A stretch of DNA of 64,000 bases from Chlorokybus atmophyticus (Eukaryota; Plantae; Mesostigma and Chlorokybus algae), in assembly GCA_009103225.1 (NCBI GenBank), contig RHPI01003020.1, forward strand, positions 1-64,000, read 5' to 3'. The notes beneath the pieces were generated by a model that had not been told where the DNA came from, searched no databases, and saw nothing but the letters and a program-made list of their open reading frames with translations. The position numbers and the translations under genes were made by a program. Positions 1-16,807 of this stretch are shown piece by piece (the stretch's first letter is position 1; each line of letters opens with the position of its first letter).

Positions 1-852
1 TCACTTGCTGACATCGTTAAAAAGGGCGAGAATGTCAGCCAGCGCCAGCTGTGCTGACCGCCGCCACCGCCAGCCTTACTCACAACGTTTGGTCGGTGCT
101 TACCACGCTCCACAGCGCGAAAGCACCGGCCAAAATTAGGACAGGTAGATCTTGTTGATAAGGCTAACACATCCTTACCTTTGCAGCGTCACATCTGACG
201 CGTCACTTGTTTGAAAAATGTAAAAAAATGATGGTTGGATGGCAAAATGTTTTTGGTATACAACCTATTGGAGGGCCTGCCAGAAAGTGCTTGAATCGGA
301 AGTTAAGTCACATCCTGCCTTATTTGCACGAAATAAGGCGGAATCTCCCTACCACTATTTACTACTACTACACATCCGCATCAACGTGCAAATCTAACCT
401 ATGGCAGAAGCCATGAGCCGTACCTACGGACCATGGCTGGTGCGCGTCCTAAAAGGTTAAGCCCAGCGGTTTAGTAACCGGCCGGCAGCCGGACCGGCAA
501 AAGAAATGAACCGGCCATGCTGAAATGCAGTGAACTAACTGTGCTTGACGACGGTCAGCTGCGGCAATTAAGCCGCTTAATTGCCGCCGCTGACCGCATG
601 GGCCGCCGCTGATGGTGGGGCTGGCGGCCGGCCTGGTGCTCCGTACCAAGAGCACCAGGCCAAGCCGCTGGCCTGGTGCTCTTGGTCATGATGGCCTGGT
701 GGCGACCAGGCCAGCATGATCAAGACCAAGGGCTTGGCGGTCGCCAGGCTATAGCCATGGCTTCCGCCGCCGCTGCAGTTGCCAGCTCAACAACGTACCA
801 GGCCACAAGCACATGTAACCCCATTAGGCCCCTCATCGCGCACGCGCGCGCG

Positions 853-855
<3 letters not shown>

Positions 856-884
<29 letters not shown>
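856..884. repeat. (CA)n microsatellite
   Basis: Pure AC dinucleotide run. Confidence 0.95.
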
Positions 885-886
<2 letters not shown>

Positions 887-1470
887 AGTCACCCACCGCC
901 AAGCAACCACGTATACACGTCCAAGTAGCAGCAGCAGACAACAGATTGGGTATGGGGTTGAAACTGTAAGCCATTTATAAAGTAAATAATTAAATCATCA
1001 TAGCGACTTTGCAACTCTCTAGAACATACGCTGCAACTTATTGTACAATGCTACAATTGCTAATTAGCATTAGCAGCATTGGTGCGACATGCATATAATG
1101 CCAAGCACGCACACGCGCAACCACCGACTTCTTACATGCTGCCCCTGCCTTGTCACTTCACTGTTTGCTTTAGATGCTGCGCCCTTCCCGCCCCCTTGCT
1201 CTCCCCCGCTGCTAATTAGCGCGCCGTCCAGCACCGGCTTAAATGTTATGCACTACCTCTTAAGAAAACATAAGTGAGTAGAGGAGCCGGCGCATGCACA
1301 TGCGCGCACGCTTGTATGTGTGTGCGCATTAATTAAGGGGGTCGGGGAGGGACACACACATTTTTACATGCATTGTGCAAACGCCAAACTTATTGATTAG
1401 CCGCACTGACCAGCGCCGCCTATAAGACAGTTGCTATAGGCGGGCTCATTGGCCGCACTGACCATCCTCC

Positions 1471-1473
<3 letters not shown>

Positions 1474-1539
<66 letters not shown>
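1474..1539. repeat. (AG)n microsatellite
   Basis: Pure AG run of about 33 units. Confidence 0.95.
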
Positions 1540-1541
<2 letters not shown>

Positions 1542-3253
1542 GAGGCAAACAATGTGCGTGCGCGTGTGTGTATGGTTGCGTAATTGCCTGCTTGTGCATG
1601 TCCGCGTGCGCATGCTTGCGCATAGACTCATACCCACATGCGAGCGTTAGTCAATGCCATCCTCACATCCAACCTTTCCAAGCTGAGCAAGCCTATCTGA
1701 AAATTGAGCGGCGAGAGTTCCGCCAGCATCCCCTCTCTGTCGTTTTAAAGCAGCTGGTCCTTATGATTACCAGCAGTGCTCAGCTGCTCGCAACAATGTG
1801 CCAGCCGCAGCAGCTCTGCAAATGCGTAGGCCGCCTATGGCACGGTGGTCGCGGTGACCTGCTTCAAGCCAGCGCCTGTGTGTGTATAGTCTTTCTCCCA
1901 TGTATACATACAACACCACGTGTAGCGTATCATTAATACAAGACTCGCACGCACATGCGGAACGCACTGAATAAGCGCAACACATGCACATGCATATTCG
2001 AGTGCACTTTTTAGAAGGAAGAAGGGGTAGGGGGCCACACACCTGTTCACACATGCATTGTGTTACGCCGAACTGCCTCATAGTCCGCACTGGTCAGTAT
2101 GGTCTATAACTAATGAGCCTTATAGGCTGCAATGCATAGTGCCATTTATAACCCAAAGAGTGTGTGTATGTACGTGTGTGCATGCGTTACCAAGAGCCAT
2201 GCATGCTTGCATGCGCATGCCTGTGTGGACAATGCGGTCTGTGAGCCCTATTGTAAGTAAGTGCGTGCACATTCATACATGAGCAATGTCTCACGCATGC
2301 ACGCAAGCACGCACACTCAGCGCACCGTGGAGATTGCGGCGAGCACAGCCAGCTGGGGCGGCGTAGTGCTTGCGTATGCAGAGCCGTGCCCACAAACACC
2401 TCGCTGTTCAGGAGCGAGCTCATTGCCAGCTTGGGAAGCAGCTCGCATACATACACGTGTGCGTGCGAGAGCATGCACATGCACCGTGCATGTAACGCGT
2501 CCATATACGCATACGTGCGTGCTTGTACGCGTGCACATCTCATAAAGGAGGACGCGCGGGGAGGGGGGGCAGAACACCCCGTTTACATGCATAGTGTACA
2601 TGCAAACTGCCTCGTAAACCAAACTGTCAAGTGCGGTCTATGAGCCGGTTTGCAGCAACTGGCTTATAGGCCACAGTGTCTGGTGCTGTTTATGAGCTGA
2701 TTGCAAGAAAGATTGTGCATGTGTGTTTATGCATGCGTATTGAAAAGCACATGCGTACTTGCATGCACATTCCTGTGTGCGCGCGCTTGCATGTTTAGGC
2801 ACACATCCTCCCCCTCCCCCTTCCCTTGCCCCTCTGCTCACCTGCTGTTCAGCATTTGCCCCTCCTTGAAATGCCCCCCAATCCTTCAAAGCAGCAGCAT
2901 CAAGCTTCCTTCATCTACCCCCATCAGACTACTTCCAGCCATGGTGATGCATGAGCTTCGTGCATAGCTGCGTGGGTGCGTTTGCATGCGTGTTACCCAA
3001 GCCAAGCTTGGGCGGTGTAGAGTCGTGCTGACATGGCTAGGATGGCATAAGCTTTAATCCTTCTTGTTGCAATCACAGCTGCGACTGCTGCCGTCTGCCA
3101 GCCTTTAATCATGGTCACGCTGGGCCTGATAAGCAAAGTGAGTAACATCCCAAGAGCACACATAAGCCACGCAATCAGTCATGGCACACACATGCACCCA
3201 CTCACGCAGCTCCATTAGCTCTCTGCCTTGGTGAGGTTGGTTTCCTTGCCAAG

Positions 3254-3750
3254 TGTAACGGGAAGGTACAACAAGTTACCACAAATCGACCATAAAAGTA
3301 TCAAGTCTTTTGTGGTCGAGTGGGCTGTAACATTGGTCATTGGAGCTTGAGGCCCGGGTTCGATTCCTGCCTTGCACACGAATTCTGCGGTCGTTGTTTC
3401 TCGATCAAATAACATCGCAAAAGGTCAGTTTATAAATGCCATCATCGATGGGTCGCGACTTGCCTAATGGCAGTCGCGCCGAACTGACCAGTTCAGTCGG
3501 CGCGGCAGGGCGCGACCTGTGGGCCGGCATCGGCGCATGCACGCGCTAACCGGTATGGGCCTAAATTGGCTGGTCCTTGGCTTTGGGGCCGGTGACCGAC
3601 CCTAACAAACCCCTGGGGTAATTCCCCAGCTGCCGAGGACGTCAGCGTTCTTAATTATAAGTGGGGGGGAATTTAACGGGAAGGTACATTAAATTACCAC
3701 AAATCGACCATAAAAGCACCAAGTCTTTTGTGGTCGAGTGGGTTGTGACA
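3254..3750 (+). mobile_element. TRIM (miniature non-autonomous LTR retrotransposon), copy 1
   Basis: 79-bp direct repeats at 3254-3332 (TGTAAC...GTAACA) and 3672-3750 (TTTAAC...GTGACA). PBS-like TGGTCATTGGAGC at 3334, polypurine tract AAGTGGGGGGGAA directly before the 3' LTR, perfect 5-bp TSD CCAAG (3249-3253 / 3751-3755). No internal ORF. Confidence 0.9.
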
Positions 3751-3942
3751 CCAAGGCTGCGAGGACGCTCTTGCTTTTGAGGTCGTGAAGGTAGTCGCAG
3801 GAGGGTGCAAGGGACATCAATGGCCTTGGCAGCCTTGCGCAGCGACAGCACCCCTACCTATATCTGCCTAATTGCCAATGCAATGCTGGCCAGCCCTTTT
3901 TCATCATTTGCCCATGAGATGTGTGTGCTTGCTGTAGGGGTT

Positions 3943-3966
3943 GGGGGGGGGGGGGGGGGGGGGGGN

Positions 3967-4034
<68 letters not shown>
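3943..4034. repeat. poly-G tract containing an N (length unreliable, probable contig join)
   Basis: G homopolymer with N at 3966. Confidence 0.9.
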
Positions 4035-4035
<1 letters not shown>

Positions 4036-6464
4036 TCTTAGTTGCTTGCCCTTCTTCGTTTCGGGGGCAGTTGGTGTGTGCAGACGACTACGCTGTTGCG
4101 AGCTTCGGTCGCCAGGTGCCTGCACACATATGCCCCAGGACGAGAAACAACCCTTTAAGGGCACAAGTGCAGGCATAACAGCTAGGTAGCAGCTAGTCAC
4201 CAGCTAGGTTGTATAGCATACAAACACACCTTGCAATGCATCTCACCTCTGAGTTGGTCGTTTGATCGCAGCTGCCTTGGCTCCCCCGTGTATGCATGTT
4301 CACACCCTCGCCATGCATACGCAACCCCAACCCCACCCACACCACAACACTAAGATAATACACTCTTCAATCTCAACTAAGTGCCATTTACTCATCTATA
4401 TCACACATACACTCGCCACAATGCAACTTCCACGCCAAACACTCATACATGCACAAAGTTTCAATTTATGGGTTGCGCATGCTTTGAGTTTTGGTCAAAA
4501 CCTCATATATAATTAAATCAATGTGAAAATTTACTAGGTTTGTTGCTTTAGGTTTTGATCTTGAGCCCACGTCCTCACAAAATTTCAGCGCCATTGGCCA
4601 ACCAATAACTATTTTAAGCACTCAAAGTCAAGTTAACCATATTTGCACAATTATAAATATATATAAAACCTTATGAAAATCTAGCCTGTTTGAGTTTGGC
4701 GCCCTTCATCTCAACCAACGGGGCTGATTCTTGGCGGGTAGGCTCAAGAGGGTGATAGGAAGGCCCTCACCAAATTTTATTCGGACTTGAAACTTGGAAG
4801 TTACTACGTCAGCAGTGGCAAAATGTCGGAGTTAGAGCGGCTTACCCTAGAGGTTCCGGGGTCGAGTCCATGCAAATGCATGTATGCTTATGTTGACCAA
4901 TGATTTCATAGCCCCGGCCTTGTGCGTCACATGGCGGGCGTGGCCTGCAGGCAGCTTTGGCAGAATCAAGTAGCTTTTGGTGCACTGAAGCTCAATTGCA
5001 ACCGTTTTTTGTAAATACTTCGGTCTATGGCCCGTTGCCGGACCGATAATGATTAAGATTGTATAAACATAATGATTTCGTTCTTGGTCCGCTGCACGGA
5101 TTCTACCTGGTCCTGAAGCAAGTACCGAACATGGTGCGACCTATGAAAATCTTAGTACCAATTACGTGCGGTTTGGACCATGCATGGTCCGACTATCAAT
5201 GGCAGTGCGTCCATATGGTCTACAATATTCACTTAGCAGGGGTACATGCTGATCCGAAGGCACAAACCATTCTTGGTCCTTGGACGTTATGCGGCGTGAA
5301 ACATATACATGGAACAGCAGGTACGGGTTTTTTATGTAGTCATCCTTTTATGTGACGAGCAAATTATGCATATACCAATGTTTATGCACTACATGCAAAA
5401 ACAAGCCCATCATCTTCGAAATGTGGCTCATTAGTCAAAACTAATCCTAAGCCAGCAATGCTGATAAGGGAGATAAGAAGGCATATCATTATCTTGAGAG
5501 CATAACGAGTGCAGATTGCCAAAAACAAGCGTGTGAGCACGGACAGATGCTATATTAACGCGCTTACTAACCATCTTGAAGCTGCGTTGTAAAGTACATG
5601 AACGGTATGTGCGCTCTGCAAACAATAATGTATTGTAAGCGACATTAATATTAAAACTCTTCAGCTAATGTGAAGTTGACCAGTCAATTGACATGGCAAA
5701 TCCTTTGCATTAAGTGATTGTATTGAGTGTACAGATGCTGCCGCAACCCAATAGCCACAACTGCGGGCCATATGCGTTGCATTACTTGCATGCGAGACCA
5801 CCGCAAGCCCGGTTAGCATGCACCTATGTGATGCCTCATAGGTGCAATGCGGTGTATGCTCATGAATTGTAAGTGGGTCAAGCAGATCTATCATAACAAA
5901 TAAAAGGTAACGTACATGAATTGTTGTACTCGCATGCAGGTTCGCAACAAATGGTTCACATTTGCAAATGGAAACCACAAAGAGCAGAGACACGCTAGAT
6001 ACTGAAGCAGCTTCGGTCTCAGCAAACCCATAGATGAACTCTACATGACTCAATCATTACCACTTGCATATCATTCCCACCTCCCCTTGCCCTTTTCATC
6101 TCGCTTAGCTTGCAACTTCGGGTCTAGCTTGACCATGCAGCTTATGCCGTGTACATTACACATTGTGCTGTAGAATTAAAAAACACATCATTAAAGTCGG
6201 CTGTTGTATCTTGGAACTCTGTCCATTTGTATATATTTACTATTACTGATACCATCACATATACACATGTTCTTATCAAAACATACAATGTATAGCAATG
6301 ATTTTATATTTGTCGTACACACCTTAAGATTACGCTCATATGCAATGCGTAATAAGGGACATGCTTGTTGTTGCAAATGTGACATACACATGTAATGCGG
6401 CTTTGTTACGTACGTGATAAAGGCACTGGCTAAATGCCAGCGTCGGGACGTGTGTAGCCGACTA

Positions 6465-9400
6465 CAATCTACTCGGCTTATTAATACCTCCTTGGAAGTA
6501 TGAATGACCCATAAACATATCATTGACGGGGACCAATGATTTCTTCGGCAAATCTTGTTGGTTATAGGCTTATAGCCAAATAATTATAATTATAATTGTA
6601 AAGTTGTAGGTTGCCAAAGAGTATACTGTTAAGGAGAAGTTCGCTACTTGCAGCAGCATTACAACGTCGCAATGTCATGCTAACTTGCGTGACGTCGCTA
6701 CGCCTGTGCGTTACGCGGCTGAGGTGGCGGCGGCGGCCGTCGCGGCGGCCGCGAGGGCGTGGCAATGCCGTATCCAATTGCAACCATGGAGGATAGCGAC
6801 AGCCATGACTCAAAGCAATTCGTTGCAGGCAATGGTGGGGATGTTGATAGCAGCGATGCGTCTGCACGAGGTGGCGCAGCAAAGCGCGGCGGGCGTGGTG
6901 GAGGGGGGCGCAAGTAAGTTGTTTGTGCAATAACACCGTGCTTTGTATGTCACATGAAGCATGTGGATGTGTTTGTATGCGTGTGCAGCAAGGGCGTCAA
7001 GCGCCTAGCATACACTGAGCATGAAAAGAAGGCAATAATTACACTGGTTGACGCACAACCAGGCGAGAAGCAAAGCGACATGCTGCTCATTATTGAAGAC
7101 ATTCTTCGACTCACACTTAGCCAGCCAGTACTGTCTAGAATCTTGCGCTTGAAGGACAAAATCAATGAGGTGGTAGCTTTGGGTGGTGAGCAAGGTGTAG
7201 CTTTTAAGGAGGTTAGACAAGCCCATTATCCTGAGCTGGAAGCAGCGCTGTATGCATGGTTTGGTTAGGCGCGGTTGCGCAAGACAACACTTACTAATGA
7301 GGTCTTGCTTTGATCAAGTTGGTAAAGCACAAGTTCTTGCTGATGCTGCGGGCATCCACATAGCACCCAACTTCTCGTTCTTTTCGGGCTGGCTTGATGG
7401 TTTCAAGAAGCGTCATGGCATCAAGGCTTATGCATTACACAGAGAGGCAGGTGATGCTGACATGGATGGTGTGCAGCAATAACGGGGCTGCCCCTTCTAT
7501 TGAATGACTACACCCCCGATGACACTTTCAACATGGATGAATCGGGGTTGTTTTACGGTGCACGCCCAAGTTGCACACTTGCAGTTGCAGCCTTGGACGC
7601 ACGCGGGTAAGAAGCACATCTTGCTGCAATTTTTTGCTGAATTAACAACATGCATTGCTTGTGTCACATCTGTGCAGGAGATTGGTAGTTGCATATATGA
7701 ATTTTTCATTGCGTAATGAATAAACACACGGAGCGATGCACTGTTGTCCTTGTTCGCAAGTGTGAGCGGCACAGAGAAGCGTCCGTTGATGTTTATCGGG
7801 AAATCCAAGCAGCCTCAATGCTATGGTAAGACATGGCAGCCAATGAGAGTCGGAGTGAAGTACGAATACATCTTGACTGCATGGGTGACACATCAGGTGA
7901 GTTGTTATGTGATCAGTCCATGCATGTATCCGTGCAGTCTGCGTGCATGCGCACGCACGCGCGTGCGCGTGCGTGCATGGTGCTCCGACTTGCGGTGCAT
8001 GCTTCGCGTGCCTGCGCAGGCATGCGTGCGTGCTTGTGCGCATGTGTTGGACTGATGTGCATTGTTTGTGTTGTACTTGCCTGCATATGTATGTGCATGA
8101 TGTGTTGATCCTTGATGCATGTGCTGCGTGCCCGCGCGCGTGCGCACGATTGTGCAAGCGTACGCTATGCTGTTTGCAGCAATGGGCGTGCAGGTGTCTA
8201 CACGATGGCTGTGCGCGTTCATTGAAGACATGCTGCGTGCCGATCGATACGTGCTGGTGCTTATGGACAACGCATCAACGCACATTTGCGCGCAAGCAGC
8301 GGTTGGGGTCAAAGGGAGCTTCAAGAGCCTCACCATATCCAATCTGACAGTTGTCTTGCCTCCGAACACAACATCAATCATTTAGCCCAGAATGCGGGCA
8401 TCCATGCCGCATTCAAGATGCGATGAAGAGTCCTGTCATTGTGTGCATGTTGTCATTGTGACAACATGTTCTTACAAAGTGCTTTGGAGCTAGATGAAGA
8501 AGCTGGTCGCACACATGCTGGCAATTTTGACGCCAACCCCGCTTCCAACCTTAGTAAGACCAAGGTGGATGTGCGCGACGCCATTGTGTGGAGTTGCGAG
8601 GCTTGGATGGAGATCACTTCTTCTACCATATGCAATTGCTGGCGGAAAAGCAAGGTGATACCTGCTAATTGGTGTGCTGATGCATCCAATGACAACCTCA
8701 ACGCCCCATCCCTGCGTCGCGTCATTGACACGAAGGTACATGTTTTATTGTTGGTTATTGCTGATTCAACGCATGTTTCCTTACATTGACATGCAGCGCT
8801 GCTATGCATAGCAGTTGGATGATCTGCAGCTGCCCAGGGCACGCTTGAAGCTGCCATCGTCAGACACCATCAGCGCCAAAGGATTTGTGGATTTAGATGA
8901 GACGTTGCCCACGGAAGCAGCTGCAATGGCTGATGAGATACTTGCATCCGTTGGTTTGAAGCCATTGTCCGATGATGATGACAATGATGAGGAAGGTAAG
9001 CCCGTTGGTGTAATGCCCTTACTACATGCAGTCAAGTTGTTATGGCCGTGTTTTTTGGAGTAGCATGCACAGATGACCCCAATGACGAGCCTCCTCGCGT
9101 GCCGTCATCGAGAGAATGCGATGTAGCATGTGGACGCGCTTGATGCCGTTATGTTGAAGCCTTTGGTGACTTCTATGGAGTGGAGCAGATGGCGCTGTGG
9201 AAGTTGCAAAACAAGTTGACACACTTGCACGTCTTTAATGTCTTCAGTTCTAGGCAGAGCACCATTCACTCATTCTTTCAATCGCAAGTAGTACATGTTG
9301 ATAAAGATTAGTGTAAGTATAGCTTGCCATTTGTGCAGAGTGCTAATTTTCGCCTTACCAATTTTTTTGGGCTTTGGGCATAGTTTATGCGCATGATGCC

Positions 9401-9676
9401 ACAAGTAGGTCATCAGCTACATAGCACACGCATGTCACTGAGCAATCATGCACATATATACACATGCATGTACATGTGCAACGAGCGCGCATTACCTATA
9501 GGTATATCTATGTTTATAACAAGGAGGTGCTGCAAATGGGCTGACTCTGTGTATAAGTACCAATAATACTTATATACATGTAACCGTATCATATACTTAC
9601 ATGGAGGTAGACATATATGTCTTTTTAGCATATTGTTTTTGAGGACCAAGTGTATGCTTATAAGGAGAGTAGGCTG
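6465..9676 (+). mobile_element. Decayed Tigger/pogo-type DNA transposon; boundaries from degenerate TIRs
   Basis: Contains the transposase pseudogene below. Candidate TIRs TA|CAATCTACTCGGCTTATTAA (6465) and the reverse complement of the right end, CAGCCTACTCTCCTTATAAG (ending 9676), match 14/20, so the ends are tentative. Confidence 0.5.
6786..9250 (+). pseudogene. Intron-containing CENP-B/Tigger-like (DDE_1) transposase pseudogene
   Basis: HTH segments (YTEHEKKAII...LSRILRLK; YPELEAALYAWF; FSGWLDGFKKRHGIK) and DDE_1 motifs FNMDESGLFY, EKRPLMFIGKSKQP, LMDNASTH, LPPNTTSII, ITSSTICNCWRKS. In-frame stop at 7266-7268 and frameshifts. GT-AG intron after the first exon (ATG 6786). Confidence 0.85.
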
Positions 9677-9689
9677 CAGTTGAATGACG

Positions 9690-9960
9690 TGCCCACCCGG
9701 CCGCTCCGGACACGGAGCTTCGGCCGGAAGATTGGTCCCGGACCGCGACGAGACCGATCCCGCGCCCGATCCGGACGGCGTGCCTCGGGACCGAGACGCG
9801 TCACGCCCCGCCCCGCGGGCGTTACGTCCCTTCGGACGGAAGATAACGGTCCCGATCACGGAAGGCGGGGGTCACGCGCGCGCGCGCCCAGGGGAGGTGT
9901 CCGGCCGCGGCGGCGGGCGTCCGCTGTTGGCGTCCGCTCGCGGTGCGTACCTACAGGTGT
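9690..9960. promoter_or_regulatory. GC/CpG-rich island upstream of the RLK gene, possible promoter or 5' UTR
   Basis: Sharp rise in GC and CpG about 430-700 bp upstream of the RLK ATG. Position only; no core motif identified. Confidence 0.3.
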
Positions 9961-10383
9961 CCACAAGCCACGCCACATTGAGTTGCGCAGTTTCAGCCCT
10001 GTCCCTGAACGCCTTGCACTCGGCTTTACTCGGTTGCAGTGTGTTATTGCAGGAGGTAAACGGCGGCAGTGCTGTAGCAGGCAGCGAAGGCCTGGACATT
10101 GACTGGCATGCTGAACGCCAACTTTTCAGAGAGAACGCTGAAGCTTGCCGGCTGGGAAGCTGCACACTCCAACGCAATGCCCTCAACAGAACAAGACGCT
10201 GCAGCTGTGCGAAATTAAAAGACGACCACAGGTGTTTCTCAGTGAACTCAGTTTCTGAACAGACACGTTGTTGCTGTAATTACAAGTATGATGCCAGAGC
10301 AGCACACCGCAAGGTCTTGAGCATTTCCAACGCCCCCTGCTCTTGTCAGGAAGAACGTAACAACGACAGACAAGCTTGCAGTC

Positions 10384-15309
<4,926 letters not shown>

Positions 15310-16807
15310 CTGTTGCTCAAGAAGGAAAGAGAGTTCATTGTAGTTGAACGAGTGATAAAAGGGAAACATACGCAAGTATCCATATGTCACGGCATGCATA
15401 TACATACATAGAGACTGCATATATGTTGCAGCTGAGTGTCGCCATGGTGCATGGTACTACCTAGCTAGTAGCGCATGCCCAAACAATTGTAATTGAGAGC
15501 ACGCGTGCTCAGGTCGACATTGTCCCTCCAATCTACGCCCAATGCTTACCATGTCTTCTACGGTGTTGTGTGGGTGTTCCTGCCAGAAATAGGACTGGTT
15601 TTGTACTAGCAACTTTTGCACTCACACATGCATGCAGCTGTAAAAGAGGTAGCTTTACTCTAAAGGTACTCAAACGGCAGCTTGAACACTTAAAGTGTGC
15701 GTAGTACCATGTGCACATGCTAGGTATGCTTTCTCTCGGCAACATATGATCACTTATTAAACACGACGTAAACGCAACCTCAACTCACCAGAGTCTGGAG
15801 GAGTTCCGATTTCCTTTGGGAAGTTCCCACGTGTTCATGCAATTCAACATGTCCCGCCTTCTTTTAAACGAACGAAGGTAACATGTGTATTCAATGTGGT
15901 GTGAGGTATAACTTAAACGACAAGAATAAACATGTTACTCCTGATCGCGGCACTCTAGGGAACTTAGATTGGCTAATGAACAGCAGGGGCCAATTGGTGG
16001 GATGCAACAACTTGCATTCACAGCATAAAAAAGTGCACAAGATAAGTGATATCCAAACATATGCAAGCACATAGGTGCAGCACACCTTAAGCTTCGGTGC
16101 TGTGTCTATGTGCATTTCAAATATGCAGTGTGATAGCCCCGCAGCGCCGTCGCTCTAGTCAACCGCGTGCTCATGCATGGATCCAACAAGTCTGCCTCAC
16201 ATTGGTGATGAGCGTGGCTCGCTCAGACTAGAAACAAATAGTCACAGTAGTCGAGGCCTACACGACCTAACAACTTCATGTTGCGTAGCACTATGATGCG
16301 TGTGTGGGCCACACACGGATTGACGTTCGAGGACCATGTATGGTCCTTTCACGGACTGCGCGAACCATGGATGGTCCATCCCCCGCGGGCCAGGACTGCC
16401 TGGTCCGGGGCCTTTTGCTATGGCAGATTGCAGGAAAGGGACGGCCGCGATGAAGCCTCGCGACGTAGCAGTGCTGCGAGCGCGGTGTGAACACCACTGA
16501 TTGACATAGGTGTTCGTAGCGATTGCCTGTGTTTGTTGGCGTATTTCCCGCTTGATCGACATGTGGAGATGGTAGTTAATCAGCTGTGTTTGCAGAGTCA
16601 ACATAGCCGACCGCTGTAAGTTGTCGTTTATTGTAAAACTATAGCACGCGTGTGTATATCGCCTGTTACATGCTTGCCAACGTTTCCATTGCTGATCAAA
16701 AGCGTATATCGCTGTTTGTCAATAGTGTAGCATTTGAAACCGGGATTGGGTGATTTATGGGAGGACGCCTTGGGTGTGGCGGCGGCGGCTGAAAGGAGTT
16801 TGTAGCG

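Noticed and set aside
3334-3400. tRNA gene
   Set aside because: Only a T-arm/B-box-like piece; no acceptor, D or anticodon arms can be folded. It lies inside a TRIM.
3805-4200. Gly- or Pro-rich ORFs
   Set aside because: Artefacts of the poly-G tract.
4540-4900. Possible MITE or transposon end
   Set aside because: AT-rich and repeat-like in texture, but no TIR pair or TSD could be located.
9684-10380. Upstream N-terminal extension of the RLK
   Set aside because: ATG 10384 already gives a complete signal peptide. The upstream open frames lack motifs and are more likely 5' UTR or intron.
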